A stretch of DNA of 63,287 bases, filler included, from Asterionella formosa (GCA_002256025.1; 17 parts of 17 records of this genome joined end to end with filler, not necessarily neighbours in it), one strand, 5' to 3'; numbered from the whole stretch's first letter, positions 23,360-37,645 are shown. Notes: generated from the letters alone by a model not told the origin. Numbers and translations: made by a program.

Positions 23360-25879
23360 TTAACCTGTTCGTACTCCCATGTATTCAAAGAATCGAACCA
23401 CTGACTTGGATTTGCCATTAATAGTAACACTTTCATATCCAACAGCAACTCGGTCCCAATTTGCCATTGCAACAGATGGTCCAAATCCCAACCAGGACTC
23501 ATTTCCAAGTGGCAGACTAGGAATGTCATTAGCCCACTGAAACCAGTGGCCAAGCTCACTAAAGCCATATATACGTACTAAACCAGACTTTTCATTAATA
23601 TTGCGAGATGATGCCATCATGTTGGCACCGGTGTAGTCGATATCAACATCAATACCTAGCTCAAGGCCTTGGCTATCTCCTTGCACTCCAAAGCCAGTAT
23701 CACTGGCGTAGCCCGTTTCATCAAAGGCTACTACTCGAACCAAACCAGCAGAAGTCACTCCTCCATCCGAAGAAGATTGGGGTTCAGCACTCACAAACGA
23801 ATCGCCAGCGCCTGCGCATCTCAATTTTAGGCCAAATCGCGAATTGGAATATTCTCCAAAAATACCACTATGAACGTATGAAGTCCATTGCTGATCCGCA
23901 GAGTATAGATATGCATAAACTTGACCACCATTTTGCCATTTCTTATCATCGTCGGGAGCAGTGACCAACAATTTAAGGCCACTGTCATCAAACGCCACTG
24001 CATGCCCATATCGATCTTGCACAAATGATGAAGTGAGCGTTTGGCCAAATGGTTCCCATGCCTTCCCTGTGAAGTTGTATGCTTGTACATATCCCACTTG
24101 CGAGGAATTTGCATCTGAATACTCAGGAGCACCAACCACCAGTAAAGAACCATTCCAGTTCAAGGCCACAGAAGATCCAAATGAGCTGTTGACTGAAGGT
24201 CCTCCCAAGGTTTGACCTACTTGAATCCAGTTGTTTTGAACAAACCTAAAGACTCGAACAAATCCATTTCCATTCCCAGGATATCCTATCGCAAGGGTGT
24301 TTCCGTCACCGGATATATCCATCCCAACCCCCATTTGGTCCAAGGTATTGCCAGATATTGATCCTCCAACACGGACTCCAAAAGTGGAAAATTTATTATC
24401 TGATCTTGAAGAACCGTCAGTTACAAAGTCATATACATCCACTTGTCCATTACCACCTTGCGCTCGCGGACTTGCCACAGCTATTCTTGTTCCATTTGTA
24501 TTGAAACGGAGCGAATATCCAAATGTTTCTGTTCCTTCACCATCAATTTCTCCCACCAATACCCACTGAAGTGATGTTGGTGCCATACTTGGAGCATCTG
24601 TTGGTGGTGGAGGAGTAAAAGTTTGGGGTCCCCTGGAAAAGTTAATGGCCACTGCAATGCCAATACCAAGGGAAATGATTGGAGTAACAACCAAACAAAT
24701 CTGTGCCTTCCACGAGCGGCAAATGGATGTTCGCTTAGTCTTGGAACCACGAATGGTACAATCTGGTTGAACCAGAGCTGATCGGACAGGTGACGGTATT
24801 CCATCACTTGGTTCATCCCTGGGTAGATCTAATGGGATGGTATCGTCATTCAGCAATTGTCTCAATTCAACAGGATCATGACACATCAAACAGTATCCTT
24901 TATAGACTTGTCCTTCAATGGTCTGTGGTTCCAGTTTTCTAAACATTTTTAGAATCCCATACTTGACTTTTAAGTGTGTCTGTATCTGACCACATTCCAT
25001 GCACTTGCCAGAAAGTCCCCACTCTGCTTTCAAGACTTTTTCTGTAACGGCAGTTCCTCGTTCATCTACTGGAAGGAGCATGGCACTATTTCTTCGGTGT
25101 GGTGTTGGTGGCGCTCCTGCCGGTAGGGAGGACATGGTGGTGGTGGCAGCCTCACTAATGATAGGCGTTGTTGTTATATCAGGCAATGTAGACAATGCAG
25201 AAACGTTTCCTCTGCGACCTTTGCTGGCAGCCGTGTTGGCCACCAGTTCTGTTTGAGTCGAATGTCCCGTTACGACAGAAATGCTGTCCGTTTCGGTCGG
25301 TACAGTATTTTGTTTCGATTCTTTTGAATAGGCAGCAACAATGGCATCATATTCGTCGTCGATTCTAGCATGTTCATCTTCATCTCTTTCTCGTCGGGAG
25401 AACGGCAGCGATGGGCAGGGCTCGTGTTCTGGGATGCTGGAAATAATGCTTCGAAGATAACCCTGCAGAGACCCAGCCGGGCCACATTCCTCGTCCATGG
25501 GTGGTTCTTCAATAGCATCGTCGTCGTCGTCGTCATTGCTCAAAACAGAGACATCCAGAGTTGAGGCAGCGGTCGATTCCACAGCGCTAGATCTGACGCT
25601 CCTGCCACTGCGGCTAGCGTCCACATCTCCGTACTTCCCCGAGGGTCTCTTGGCTGGCAACATAGGAACTGTATCATCAATACCCTCATCATTGTTTGTA
25701 TCGAAGCCATCCATATCGTCCGAGACAAAGACATCCTCCTCCTTCACTTCCACGTCCGCTTGACTCCCACTCGTGTAATGGGCCCAGCGTGCTTGACCAG
25801 CCGTCAAGGACGACGACGACGACGACGTTGGCTGCTTGGTACCTGCAGTCGTGGGGTCAGGTGAGTGTTCCAATGGCAT
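23360..25879 (-). CDS. Type II membrane protein with an extracellular FG-GAP-like beta-propeller and a cytosolic CxxC..CxxC motif
   Basis: Repeats FGYSLRFNTNGTRIAVASP, MGVGMDISGDGNTLAIGYP, FGSSVALNWNGSLLVVGAP and YGHAVAFDDSGLKLLVTAP. TM ICLVVTPIISLGIGIAVAI. Acidic disordered N-terminus. The start is inferred at MPLEH. Confidence 0.8.
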   Translation of the reverse strand: MPLEHSPDPTTAGTKQPTSSSSSSLTAGQARWAHYTSGSQADVEVKEEDVFVSDDMDGFDTNNDEGIDDTVPMLPAKRPSGKYGDVDASRSGRSVRSSAVESTAASTLDVSVLSNDDDDDDAIEEPPMDEECGPAGSLQGYLRSIISSIPEHEPCPSLPFSRRERDEDEHARIDDEYDAIVAAYSKESKQNTVPTETDSISVVTGHSTQTELVANTAASKGRRGNVSALSTLPDITTTPIISEAATTTMSSLPAGAPPTPHRRNSAMLLPVDERGTAVTEKVLKAEWGLSGKCMECGQIQTHLKVKYGILKMFRKLEPQTIEGQVYKGYCLMCHDPVELRQLLNDDTIPLDLPRDEPSDGIPSPVRSALVQPDCTIRGSKTKRTSICRSWKAQICLVVTPIISLGIGIAVAINFSRGPQTFTPPPPTDAPSMAPTSLQWVLVGEIDGEGTETFGYSLRFNTNGTRIAVASPRAQGGNGQVDVYDFVTDGSSRSDNKFSTFGVRVGGSISGNTLDQMGVGMDISGDGNTLAIGYPGNGNGFVRVFRFVQNNWIQVGQTLGGPSVNSSFGSSVALNWNGSLLVVGAPEYSDANSSQVGYVQAYNFTGKAWEPFGQTLTSSFVQDRYGHAVAFDDSGLKLLVTAPDDDKKWQNGGQVYAYLYSADQQWTSYVHSGIFGEYSNSRFGLKLRCAGAGDSFVSAEPQSSSDGGVTSAGLVRVVAFDETGYASDTGFGVQGDSQGLELGIDVDIDYTGANMMASSRNINEKSGLVRIYGFSELGHWFQWANDIPSLPLGNESWLGFGPSVAMANWDRVAVGYESVTINGKSKSVVRFFEYMGVRTG

Positions 25880-28800
25880 GGCGAATTCCAAAAAATGGTT
25901 TCTGTTTGTTGCAAGTGAGGAGGAGGACTTTTGGTAGTAAAAGTAATTCTGGTACCTGGTACTTGGTACCCGGGGTACTAGAGCAAATGACGACATGCTA
26001 ATGATCATATACCCGGTATGCCTGGTAATTACCAGATACACCAGTTACTCAAAGAACATGAAAGAAATGCACCTATGTATATGCATATTTCGGTATATCA
26101 TCATCGTAGGACTACAGTATAGCAAGTTGCTTATCCGTTCTTCAGCCAACCACCCCTTAAAAAGACATTCTGGCGATCACCTACAGCTAGTATATATAGC
26201 GAATTGTGTATCCCAACGCACTTGTTGTTTAAAATATATACCGGTAAATATGGACACGAAAGTTCTTAAAAACAATTTGCGAAAACCAAACGGGGTAATC
26301 CGTGATCTCAATGGTATATAGAATTATATACAATTATAATAATTTAAGTACGGCCGTGACCCATTACAGGCAAATTTTGTCCACATAAAAGGGTTCGTAT
26401 CTCAGTACCTCGACCTTCAATGAGAATATCGACAGATCCACAACCTGCTGACTCCGTTGGTTAACAAGACCTGGAAGTTTGATTCTCGCAAGGCATGGAA
26501 TAGGTTTAGTCGAACTAATCAAACGAACAGGAGAACTCAGTGGGTCACAGTAGGTCTTCACTGGTACCTGGTACCTGGTACCAGGTACCTGCCTCGTAGA
26601 ACTTGTCCGATACGGTACCTGGTAGTCTTGTTACCGGGTACCTGGTACATGGTATTGTCAAGCTGAATGCTGAAGGCTCAGACAGTGCTGGCCTTGATGT
26701 TTTCGGCTTGACAGAAGCCTTCATAGAATCATTTCGTCTGCTGCCTCATGATGCAGAAATATTTCATGCAGACATGTCATAACAATTCTGGTCCAATAAT
26801 CATAAAAGTGTTTTTTGGCATACATTAATATCCATCATGATCCAAGTTGTACAACCTACACAAATTAATATCATTGTAGGATAAGGCACAAATATGTTCA
26901 CACTCCAGGAATTACTATTGAGGCCACCACAAAACTTGGGGGCACCAGTGCACCAAAAATAGAAATTCTATTGATCATAGGAACCATTTGAACCAACAAC
27001 AATATCTCTTTTAATGTAGCTATTTACGTTTTAGACCATAGGGAAAGCGGCGGTGAAGTTAGTTTTCTCATAATTTTTGGTAATTAAAGAAGGGCCAATG
27101 CCTTGTACTCCCCTCTAAGTAAATCAATCCATGGCTGTGTACATTGAAGGGTACAAGTGAACCAAATATTTGCTCATCTACCACAGGAAAATAAATAAAT
27201 TTCAGTCTCAGTGGTTTATGAAAGGGAAAGTGATCAGGGTAGCGCACCACCTTCCCAGAGAAGATTGCAACTGTTATGATACCAGTCCTTAAAAGGACCT
27301 GGTAAAACAAGAAAACTTTTAAATCATATCCTATGCTATGACAAATGCTTATCTTAATGCAACCAACAATAATAATCCCTTCACATGTGTCAGACCAGAG
27401 GTAATTATCTCCCCTGAAATTGTATCAATGCCAAAAATGTGAAAAAGGGGATAAACAAGCAAGCATACTAGTAAATAATCAAAGGGGGATATATGCCATT
27501 TCTTTCCAGAAGGTCACTTCTGACATTATAGTAATCATGCCTCTATGTCTTTATCTTCACGAACCCTGCCAATATTGAGCAATCCCCATCTGAAAGGACA
27601 GCCCCTCCCAGTGACTATTTTAATCATTGATACAAAATTATTGGAATAGGAATCATTATGTACAGAAATGTAATCATCCCTGATTATTTTGTATACATAT
27701 ACTTCCATTATGTATACACTAGACTACCATGGTAGTATTAATCATGTCATGGATGTTAGTTGATTTTGTTCCTATATGATAACTGCAATGACAAAAACCT
27801 GCATACTTCAAAGAAGAATGTGTCCTGTACTTCTAAAAAAGTCTGCTTATGATGTACACAAAAGCTATTTTTAAGGCAGCATGGAGTTTCCTGCTCTGCC
27901 CTGTAGTTCTCTATTGTCTATTTGTGATATATTATAGAAACAAGCATGAAAAATACTCGTACAATAAACAAATATCGCTGTATTTATAATATTCGCCATG
28001 CAGCACCATCATCTGTGTTATCTATCAATGCATACACTGGTATATTATCTGAAATAATGGAATTTGTGTGAAAGTTTCATATTGCCAAAGCAGACTTGAA
28101 TAGAAATAATAATAAAAGAGGACATGCGATAATCCATGAGAAGATTGGGTTCAGCCTAGCCAGCTCGATGATGACTAGAGGCATAGCTGTGAGAGTCAAC
28201 ATGCTATATCGTTGCTCGCCCAGCGAAAAATACGATTCCTGCTAACCATGTCGAGATATAAAAGGTACGACGAGTTAGTGCATTGGCGGTGTAAAATTCC
28301 TTAAATTCGTGGCGTTCCTCTGCTCCTATTCGTTTCAGGCTCATCACCGAACTTGTCATTCAACACCATGATAGGCTCCTAAGCTCCTAGGCTCATCATC
28401 AACATAATATAGCAAGAATTTCATTCAATTTAACAGATTCGATTGACCATCACTTACCACAAACTCAATCAGAACGTATTACAATGTCAAGGCCATTACA
28501 CTCTACAAGTGATCAATGATTCCTCCTTCGTTTTATTGTTCAGGTGTACCGTGAGATGCTGGTCAAGGACAACGAAGCGACATCGCAGCCACAGTCGACA
28601 TATTTTTATTCAACTCTGAATTGAAACAGAGATGCTTGCTCATGCGTCAAAAGAACTTTTGAGTGCATTCAGAGAGCGAACATCTTAATTCGTCTGCTGA
28701 CCAAATTATGATTGCTCTGGATTACCATACATACATATAAATAATATATATGTGGTGACGGCTGTTTTCTAATCTACCGGTCGACCACCAGTAGAAATGT

Positions 28801-29909
28801 AAACGAGTGGCTGGAAACAATCCACCTATTGATGATAAAAGGCTACATATATAATTATATTTATTTTCATACTTCCTTTGGTACGTACACATAACTGTGT
28901 CCAGATCAGGCATATAAATCGAGATGCTAATACCGGTGTACTCGAAGTATTGTTTATAGACTGCCTACAACAACAGAGCATAAAATAAGAAAAGGGGTAG
29001 ACCACCCTTCCATGATAATCTACAGCGTTGATCATGGTTCATATTGTTTCTTCCTGTGTCCACCTGGTATTTGACAGCCAGCTAATTTTTGTTGTTGATT
29101 ATAAATACCGGTACATAGTTGACGAAACACATGTGCAATGCGAGGCTAGGCTGCACTGGAACAGTCCTCATGACCTTCATAGAACATAGAGTTTAGGTTT
29201 TATTACCAAGCTACACCCAACTTTCTCAGTCCAATGTCTATGTATTTAAATAATTGTAGCTACAATACATATCTACCTGCCCATGATTTTGTTTTTACCA
29301 TGGCCACACAGATGGGTGACGAATCTGAGCCACATGCATGCTACTACAATTTGAACAGGGTAATAAACAAAATGTAAAGTACTATCTTGGCCTGACATTA
29401 CAGAGGGTTTGGGAATAACAAGGAAGAAATAGGTACTCTGAGTACCAAGTAATAGGTCAGCCATCATAATATTAGACATTTGTGGGTGCTAACTGTGTAG
29501 TAAACAACTGTGCATCTCAGATCATTACTCCATGACAAGAATGATGATACTATAATGTAGATTTATCTCTTACCATTTGTAGGTACCAAGGCCGCAAGCA
29601 TATAATCACACTTGAAGGCTCCAATTGAAATATCTTTTGTACCACTACAAACTTCCTGCTGCTCTGTAGAGGGTATTCCTTCAATCATGTACCAACAAAA
29701 AATTGCTCGTTAAGGGCGAACGAAGGAAATGATGCAATAAAAATATTCGCAAATAGAAAGGACATGACAGCACCAATGGCACTTCAACCTGTTCACATGT
29801 TGGCTCGCCTGATATGTTTGCTTGGCCAGTTTGCAAGATCGACTAACAGGAAAAATGTGAAAGATCTACTAGTAGTATTGCAATATAAAATGATGTACAA
29901 ACCCTTTGA

Positions 29910-32900
29910 TCATTTTGACGGAGCTCGTGGGTCCTTCTCGTTTACCCCTTCAAAAGCGGCTTTCCGAGCCGAGTTCACGGCGTTTTCTGTGGCCTTTAAT
30001 GATTGCGCCGATTGATCCGCAGGAGTTTTATTGTCTGCCTTGAGCTTCTCCCGAGCAATCTCATAGGCCAAGGCTGCTTTTTCCCGTGTGTCAAAGACAC
30101 CGATATAGCGCGATTTGCCGGCATAGTAAAGCTGGGCTTGCCATTTACCAGAAGGGCGCATCGTGACTCCACGTAATATCGCAGCAGCCAGTGCCGCTGC
30201 CTGATCATTCATTCCACCACTCGCAACATTCACAGCTTGAATGGCAGCAGTTGATTTATGTCGCTCGGCAGGCTCCGAAATAGGACTCATCTTCTTTGAT
30301 GACGACGTCTTGACCGGAGATTTCTTCCTCTTCTTCTCAACCGAAGCGACCACCTGTCCTGGTGTTGGAGGTAATGGTCTCTTGTTAGACGCCTTGCTGG
30401 GCTTCAAAAGCTTTGACTTTTTTGGTCCTTCTTTAATAGAGCTTGATGGTGGATGTTGAGCTGCGTACATAGGCATATGACGCGGTGGAGGGGGTGGATA
30501 GTGACTGTAAGGGGGTCCGCCACCAGGCATGTAAGGAGGTGGAGGATAAGATGCATAAACCCCTGGCGGTGGCGGAGGATATGGCCCTGGATAAGGTGCA
30601 CCATAGGGACCTTCCATATGATGTGGATGGCGTTGAGGCGAGTTACCAGGAGGTCGAGACGGTGAACCAGTACCCTTCTTTCCTCGCATTGGTGGAGGCC
30701 CCCCTACCACAACCCGCATACTTCCACCAGGAGGCATGTGGTAGTAAGGTGGTGCATCGGTATGATGATAGTGTGAATGCGACATTGAATATCCCGGTGG
30801 AGGCATCTTCTTTGATGTTTTATTTTTCCCCTTTTCACTTTTGGATATCGGTTGGCTACTTCCTTTTTTCTTTCCTGTATCTGGCCTATTTTCCTTCAAG
30901 TGCTCCATCGACATTCCGGTTTTCTTATCTTGATCTACATCGCCGTCCCCACGAGTGTAGATTTCCCTTGATCCGCCGGATGAGCTCGCCCGGATACCCA
31001 ATGGGGGAGGGTTAAAGTCGTCGGCGTTCGCATCATCTCTTGAAAGACTCTTCCGCGCAAGCTTTGTCGAGCCCTCATGACCATTGCCAATCATGGGAAG
31101 CTGCAACCGGTCATCTCTTCCGTAACCAACACTCTTTCGATCACGAGGTGACCGAAAGACGTGAGCTCCATTTTCGTCCTTTATCCCTCGCGGGGTGTTC
31201 CCCCTTGAGTGCGCCGCCAGTTGAAGCAACACGCTAAGATCTTCGTCTTCCATCAAATCACGTTCGGCCATGTCAACAGCATCTAAACTTGCGTCACTTC
31301 GGGTTCGAGATCGAGTTGACTTGGATGGTGAGTCTCCCAATAGCGGCATATTCCGAGGCTTGATGGATGCAGTAACAAGCCGAGGCGATGCAAAAATGTC
31401 TTTGTAGTTCATGGGTGTATTGGTTCGACTATCACGATGTTTTCTCTTGGATGAAGCCAATGGAGAGATACAAATCATACTTGACATTCCAGAGGCACCA
31501 GATGGTCTTGGCGCTGTTCCAGGTTTTGGTGAAGCAAACTCTCCATTTCGAGGAAGACTTGCCACATCCGAAAAGAAGAAGGACGTGCTAACAGTAGGTG
31601 TTCGAGGGGTTCTTGGACCACCAAACCCACGTGGTGTACCATGAGCCGATCCCAAGCCACCAGGAGAAAATAAGCCGTTTGCGGTGGGAGACTGGAGCCA
31701 TGCCAAAACTAATAAATGGCAAATTAGCAAAAAAATCCATGTACGACAGTTGATGGATTGTAAATGAGAAGTACTCACCATTGGAAGCGTCAAATGATGG
31801 CGACGATTTGTGACCCCTCCCGAAATCCACAGCAAAATCCGTGGGAGTTGCAACAGCTCTGGCTCGCTCTTGGTCTCGTGACTTGGGAGACTTCTCCTCT
31901 TCGAACCTTTTCCTCCGAGGATCGTCGCGATCAAAGGAGTGGTCCCCTGCAATCATAGAGTATGCCGAGGGTGAAGGGAGGTAAGGTGACAAAAAGGTAC
32001 CGCAGGGCGAGCATATTTTGGCATCGTGCAAAGAGGGCAATGACTGGAAGCCCAATGGGATAGTAGGTGATCGAGTCGGAGTCTTGCGCTAAAAGGAATA
32101 ATGACACCAGTGTAAGTCTTGGGATCTGAATCCAAGAATGGTGAAGACAAATGCAACCATTGAAAAAGCTCACCTTTTCTACTGGGAGACTGACAGGGGT
32201 CCTATTAGGAGGTGAGAGCACAAAACTCTTTTCCTCCTTCGTTTCAATTTTGTTTGTTGGTGTTGTGGCGCGTGTAGTAATCTTGTTTGTCGATGGTGAT
32301 GACGTCAGGGGACTTGTTGTATTCACTTGAGACTGATCCACTGAAATCGAATTGGGTCGGCCATCCTTCATGGTCAATGGCACAATCTGTTCATCATTTG
32401 GTTTTTCTAAAGGACTGTTCGCAACAGCGTCACTGCCAGTAGTCGAATTGGTGCATGTCAACTCTCCACTTTTCGATGAACACAGAGATGGGACAGCATC
32501 ATTTTCCTCCTTCACCACAACTCTTGTTCGTTGCGGACTACGAAATGTCTTGAATTCCAGGACCCCATCGTCCCTTGGTCTGCTCCTTCCGGGAGAGCCA
32601 TATCGCCCACCCCTTCTAGACACTAGTCCTCCTTTGCCATCTGAAGAAGATTTGGGTTCCATGTCAGCTTCCTGAACATTTTGCTTTTCAGCATCAAACC
32701 TAACTTGTTTCCCTAAAGAAGCATTTCCCTCTCGCATGGCCGATTCAGGTGGTGTTACTGAATTGGGAGCTGTGGGGGTTTCTTGTTGATGATCATGATG
32801 ATGATGGCCACTTGTCATCATTCCAGTGGAGGATGGTTCGCCTCCTTCTCTATCTGGAGTTGCAAATGCGGCCCTTGATTTCTTCGTTGTCATGGTAGTG

Positions 32901-32917
32901 GTGGGTTCTCTAGTCAT
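29910..32917 (-). CDS. AP2/ERF-domain transcription factor; 3 exons (32917-32174, 32088-31779, 31708-29910), ~950 aa
   Basis: C-terminal LRGVTMRPSGKWQAQLYYAGKSRYIGVFDTREKAALAYEIAR. Two GTGAG..TTAG introns join three ORFs in phase. Confidence 0.9.
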
Positions 32918-33031
32918 AATGGTCCTTTTCTAAAACCGTAAGAGGAATGATGAATATAGGTGAGAAGAAGGAGTACGTAGAAGGAGTAGTGATGACGATG
33001 ATGATGATTTGACTTGTTCATGTCTCTCTGC

Positions 33032-33334
33032 AGAGAGAGAGAGAGAGAGATTACCGGTGGACGATGGCAACAACAGCAAATGGCAAACGACGAACGAAAT
33101 CAAATTTTCAAGTATCAGCACATCAGCGATTCAAGGATAAATTCAAACTGCACTGCACTGCACTGCACTGCACTGCACTGCAGGAGGAATGATCTCGGTC
33201 CAATGGTAAGACTCCAAGCACAAATAATGACAGAAGTAATTTCCGGGACTTTCGACAGTCCTTGATTCAGTAACCTTCCGATTTGCTTCACACACACACA
33301 CATATATATATGTATCTGCAGAAACAGTGCTTCA

Positions 33335-33368
<34 letters not shown>
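33032..33368. repeat. Microsatellite cluster upstream of the AP2 gene: (AG)n, (CTGCA)7, (AC)n
   Basis: (AG)n at 33032-33050, (CTGCA)n at 33148-33182, (AC)n at ~33288-33302 and 33338-33368. Confidence 0.95.
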
Positions 33369-33369
<1 letters not shown>

Positions 33370-36300
33370 CATGTAGAGACGGAACGGCAGCTCCACTGCC
33401 ACTGCGGCTTTCCAATTCCCCCTTTTGCCGCAATCAGAACTGAATTTGATTCTGATTTCGCCAATACGAAACAATATACGACACGAGACACTCCACGGAG
33501 CGTAAGGTGCGACAACACGACGACGATGGTCGCATCACATCCCATCAAAACCGGAGGGAACCTTCCCATGCCGCAGAAAGAATACCTACAGGATCGTTTT
33601 GGCGCTTTCACGGATCAATCAACGAAAAAGGACACGCGATGGCGCGCAGATTCGTCTTATTCGCTCCTTCTTCCCTTTGCTCTTGAGAGCAACTGAGATC
33701 TGATGCTAACGGAATGAGTGCGTTGATTGGAAGACAGCAATAAGGTACAGCTGACGGGGAACGTGTCGTGGAGGAGATCAGTTTCTGTAACAACAAGACA
33801 CCACGAGAAACTCGACGGCAAACAGCAGCAACAACAACAACAAAGCAACGTACCAGGTACTATTACCCCTACCGGTACACGTATCGCTATTTTCCAGTAG
33901 CTTTAGTTACTGCTGGTGTACTGGTACCCTGGTACCGTACTGCCTGTGTATCATACACGAGAGAACTCGAATCACACAGCTGTGGGTTCTTCGGCAGCAT
34001 ACCGGTACCAACCAGCTACCTGGTACCTGTATGCTGTAATCATACCGCCGGTAGTATCTCATCCTCCGGCGCTCCGGAGTTTTCTAGCGACACATGGTTG
34101 TCTATGCACCTGGTACCAGGTACCAGGTACCCGGTACACCCTACAGATTGCATCGCAGAAAATGCCTCCAAGTTGCCGTAATTTTGTTCAACGTACTACT
34201 TCGTTCCGGCAATACTGATTCCAATTCCTAATTAATATATGTGTCTCTTCTCGACATCCGCCCTTTTAATAAACCAATTCGAGCGGCTTGTTGTTCCTAT
34301 ATTTATTTAGCTTTATTCTGATTTAGCCTAAATATTGAGACCAATCTGGTTTGCTTATTCTGCCATTCATGTACTTTTCGTTCGTTTTGCTTACCGGTAA
34401 TGTAGGACCGTTTTGCGCGCGAGCCATTAAAAGTTTCATACTTCTTTGATTTCTTAACGGCTGCCGAGTCGGGGAATATTTGTCGGTTTTGGGAATATGT
34501 ACACGACGAAGAAGCAAAATTACCGCAACTTTCTGGGTACCAGGGGTACCGAGTAGAGTACCCGGTAGTATGATATGGAAGCTGTAGGTACACACAAAGG
34601 CGCGCCCTTTTCAGCTGCCGCATCCTACACACAGGAAGTGGAAAGACATACCACGATCTGTACGCTATATATTTTATGCCCCTTATTGCAAAAACGTCTG
34701 CAGGTAAAAAACATCTTATTCATGTGATGCATCTTGTGATGATGATCATTTGATCGTGTATAATTTCGATATTTCAACTACTACTATTTATAACAATTAT
34801 TGTCATTGAGAAAACAAACAAGTATATATACATGCATACATGTATTTATGATATGTTTACCAATAATTGCTCAATCAATCATAGACATTCATTACAAGCT
34901 TGTAATCGAAGTCCAAGGCACATCAACGTGCATGAGTCTTCATCTTCTTTACAAGGTCTTTGGTTGCCACTGAAACATGTTGATAACATTGCTGCTGTAC
35001 TAGTGCTTGATTGAATTTTCCAGAATCAACAATGATTGATTTCTTTGCAAGTGCTTTAATAGATCATTTTGGATTTGTTCGGAAATAACCAATGTTTAAA
35101 ACAGAAACTTGGCAAGTGCTCTGGTTGGATTGATTCCTGACTGTTCTTACAACATGACTGACTTCTCATTGGTGTTACTTCTTCTTTTCGGAGAATGGAA
35201 AACAAAGATTTTTTGCAAGTCATTAAGAACAGCGCTGGAACTAGCTATCCATTGATAGCTACATATGCAATGATCAACTGGCACATCATTTTCTAGAAAA
35301 TTGGTTGGTAAGCTACTTCGATTTGTGGTACGTGAAAATAGAACGGGACAACAGGTTGTGGTATAAGCCAAAAAAGACAAACAATCAATTACTAGTACTA
35401 TTAGTTGGACAACGAGCGAAAAAGATTTAAAAATGGATAAATGCATGCGGACGACAAAGAATCGGAATAAACAAAGGAAATGGAGAAAGGCAGCAAGCAG
35501 TGAGATGACCTTCACGATTGTAGTAAGAGGGAAATTCAAGTGAAAGCAAACATTAGATGTACTAAGGCGAGGAGAGAAAAGAGGAGCATTGTGTTACTAC
35601 ATATAAGAAGACTTTCTAATTATACTAGCACGCACATCTAGTTCAAATACAATCAAATTGAACTTATTTTGAACAGTTATTTGATTAGAGTCACGATCAT
35701 GCGAGGCTAGATGTATTATTAAAGGATACACAGCATTATATGGGTTTTTGTTGATGGATTATGTGTTGTTTTTAACGATTTTTTAATGGATCATGAGAAA
35801 AGAGTTAAAGAAACAATATAAGATTGATGATTTCCACAAGAATTGTTGTTGTGTTTGCTGTAGATAGTAGCGTTTTGTTTTGTTTTAATTACGAATCAAC
35901 CTCTCTTACCTCAATTATTTTTATGATGATTTTTTAACCTTGTTGAATCATTAATGATTAATTATGTACTTCTTCAAAGAAAAACCGACATTTAAAAAAT
36001 GGTCTGTACAAAATGTACACACGAGAATTACTTCCACCCTAAGACAGAGAAATTCTTGTTACTATATGCGTACGATGCACACAAATTATGACTTACTATC
36101 AATTCATTTCAACCTCAACCAAATGATAAAATGTTGATGAAATGATTGATGAATACTTAATAGGTAGCGATAAGTAGTGTCAGTACTACTTTATTCTGCT
36201 GACATTTGTTGATAACATTCAACAATGAAATTCTTCAGTTGGATGCTTGAACCAAATTAATTCACTCATTCATTTCAATAACTAGCAATTCTTGAGAATC

Positions 36301-36949
36301 AAAATTTCAATATAAGACAAACTTCGATGTTAACATTGTAGTCTTTAGTAGATTTAAAAATACTGCTGCATCTACTAAGCCGCGAAATTCGTCACTTTTC
36401 GAAATTTCAGTTACGTAGGAGTGTTGATTATGTGGTACTACTTGACATGAAATACTGCCACTTTTCCCGTAAATAAGGTCATTTTAACGTGTTCATGTGA
36501 AGTTTTCACAATGAACTTTGAACTTGAGATTGAATTGCTTGATAGCGTATTTCAAGTAATAATTCATTTCAAATTTCAACTAAGGTCCTGCTCTCGTGGC
36601 TTATTCATTTTCTCCACGCATCTTCATTTGTGAAATGGTAAGGATATTTGTGGTGTCATATTTCATGCATGGACAATCTACAGTTTATAGTTGTGCACTT
36701 CACGTAAAAAATATGGAATTTTATAATGAACAAGACTACTCTTCGATGTTTCATGTGATGGTTCAGAATCATACAGTTACTTCCAAGACAGAACTAGTTG
36801 ATGTTACAACTACATGTTTTAAAAGTTCAAGATATTTTTTTAGAGGATAAATCATTGCGAAAGACACCTCAATTAAGAAGAAGTACAGAAGTACTACAAA
36901 GATTTATGGTGTCGATCATGTACTAAACCTCCTCTAAAGGCTTGAAGAA

Positions 36950-37645
36950 ATGCACATTGTTCACCAGCAGACCAACATGTGCCAAATGTGTCCTGCTAAC
37001 GTATGTAACATATGCCAAGAGGGTATATATCAGCAAAGAAATGACGAAGATACAGCGAAAAGAGTTTTCGCCATCCACATGCACCGAATTGACGCAAACA
37101 TGAACATCGCCGCCATAGGCTGAAAGAAGCAAGTGCGCTTGTCAATGTAAAAATTTAAAACCTAATTTTGGTATATATCATTCAGTTCCTATCCGTCACC
37201 AGCAAACCAACATGTTCCAAATGTGTCCTGTTGACGTATGTTCGACAGATGCAAAGAAGGTATGAATCGGCCAAAAAATGACGAAGATATAGCGAAAAGA
37301 GTTTTCGCCGTCCTCATGCACCAAATTGACGCAAACCTTAACATCGCCGCTGTAGGCTGAAAAAAGTGCGCATTGTAACTGTAAAATTTTATTTTTGGTA
37401 TAAATCATTCATTTGTAACCGACATGTTACAAAGACAATGTGTTCTGATAACATTTGTTACATATGCCAAGAACATATGAATCGGCTAAGAAATGACGAT
37501 GATACAGCGAAAAGAGTTTCTGCCATCCTCATGCACAAAATTGAAATTGACGCAACCAGGTAGCTACATCACCGCTATAGGCTAAAGGAAATGCGCATTA
37601 TGAATGAAAAATACTGAAATTCAATTTTTGCATACATCATTCATT
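36950..37645. repeat. Three diverged tandem copies of a ~235-bp unit
   Basis: AAATGACGAxGATAyAGCGAAAAGAGTTT..GCCrTCC.CATGCAC..AATTGACGCAA..ACATCrCCGC..TAGGCTrAA recurs at ~37039, ~37277 and ~37491. Confidence 0.9.

Noticed and set aside
33115..34218. Several 100-137-aa ORFs upstream of the AP2 gene
   Set aside because: They arise from microsatellites and GGTACC-type repeats and lack protein-like composition.
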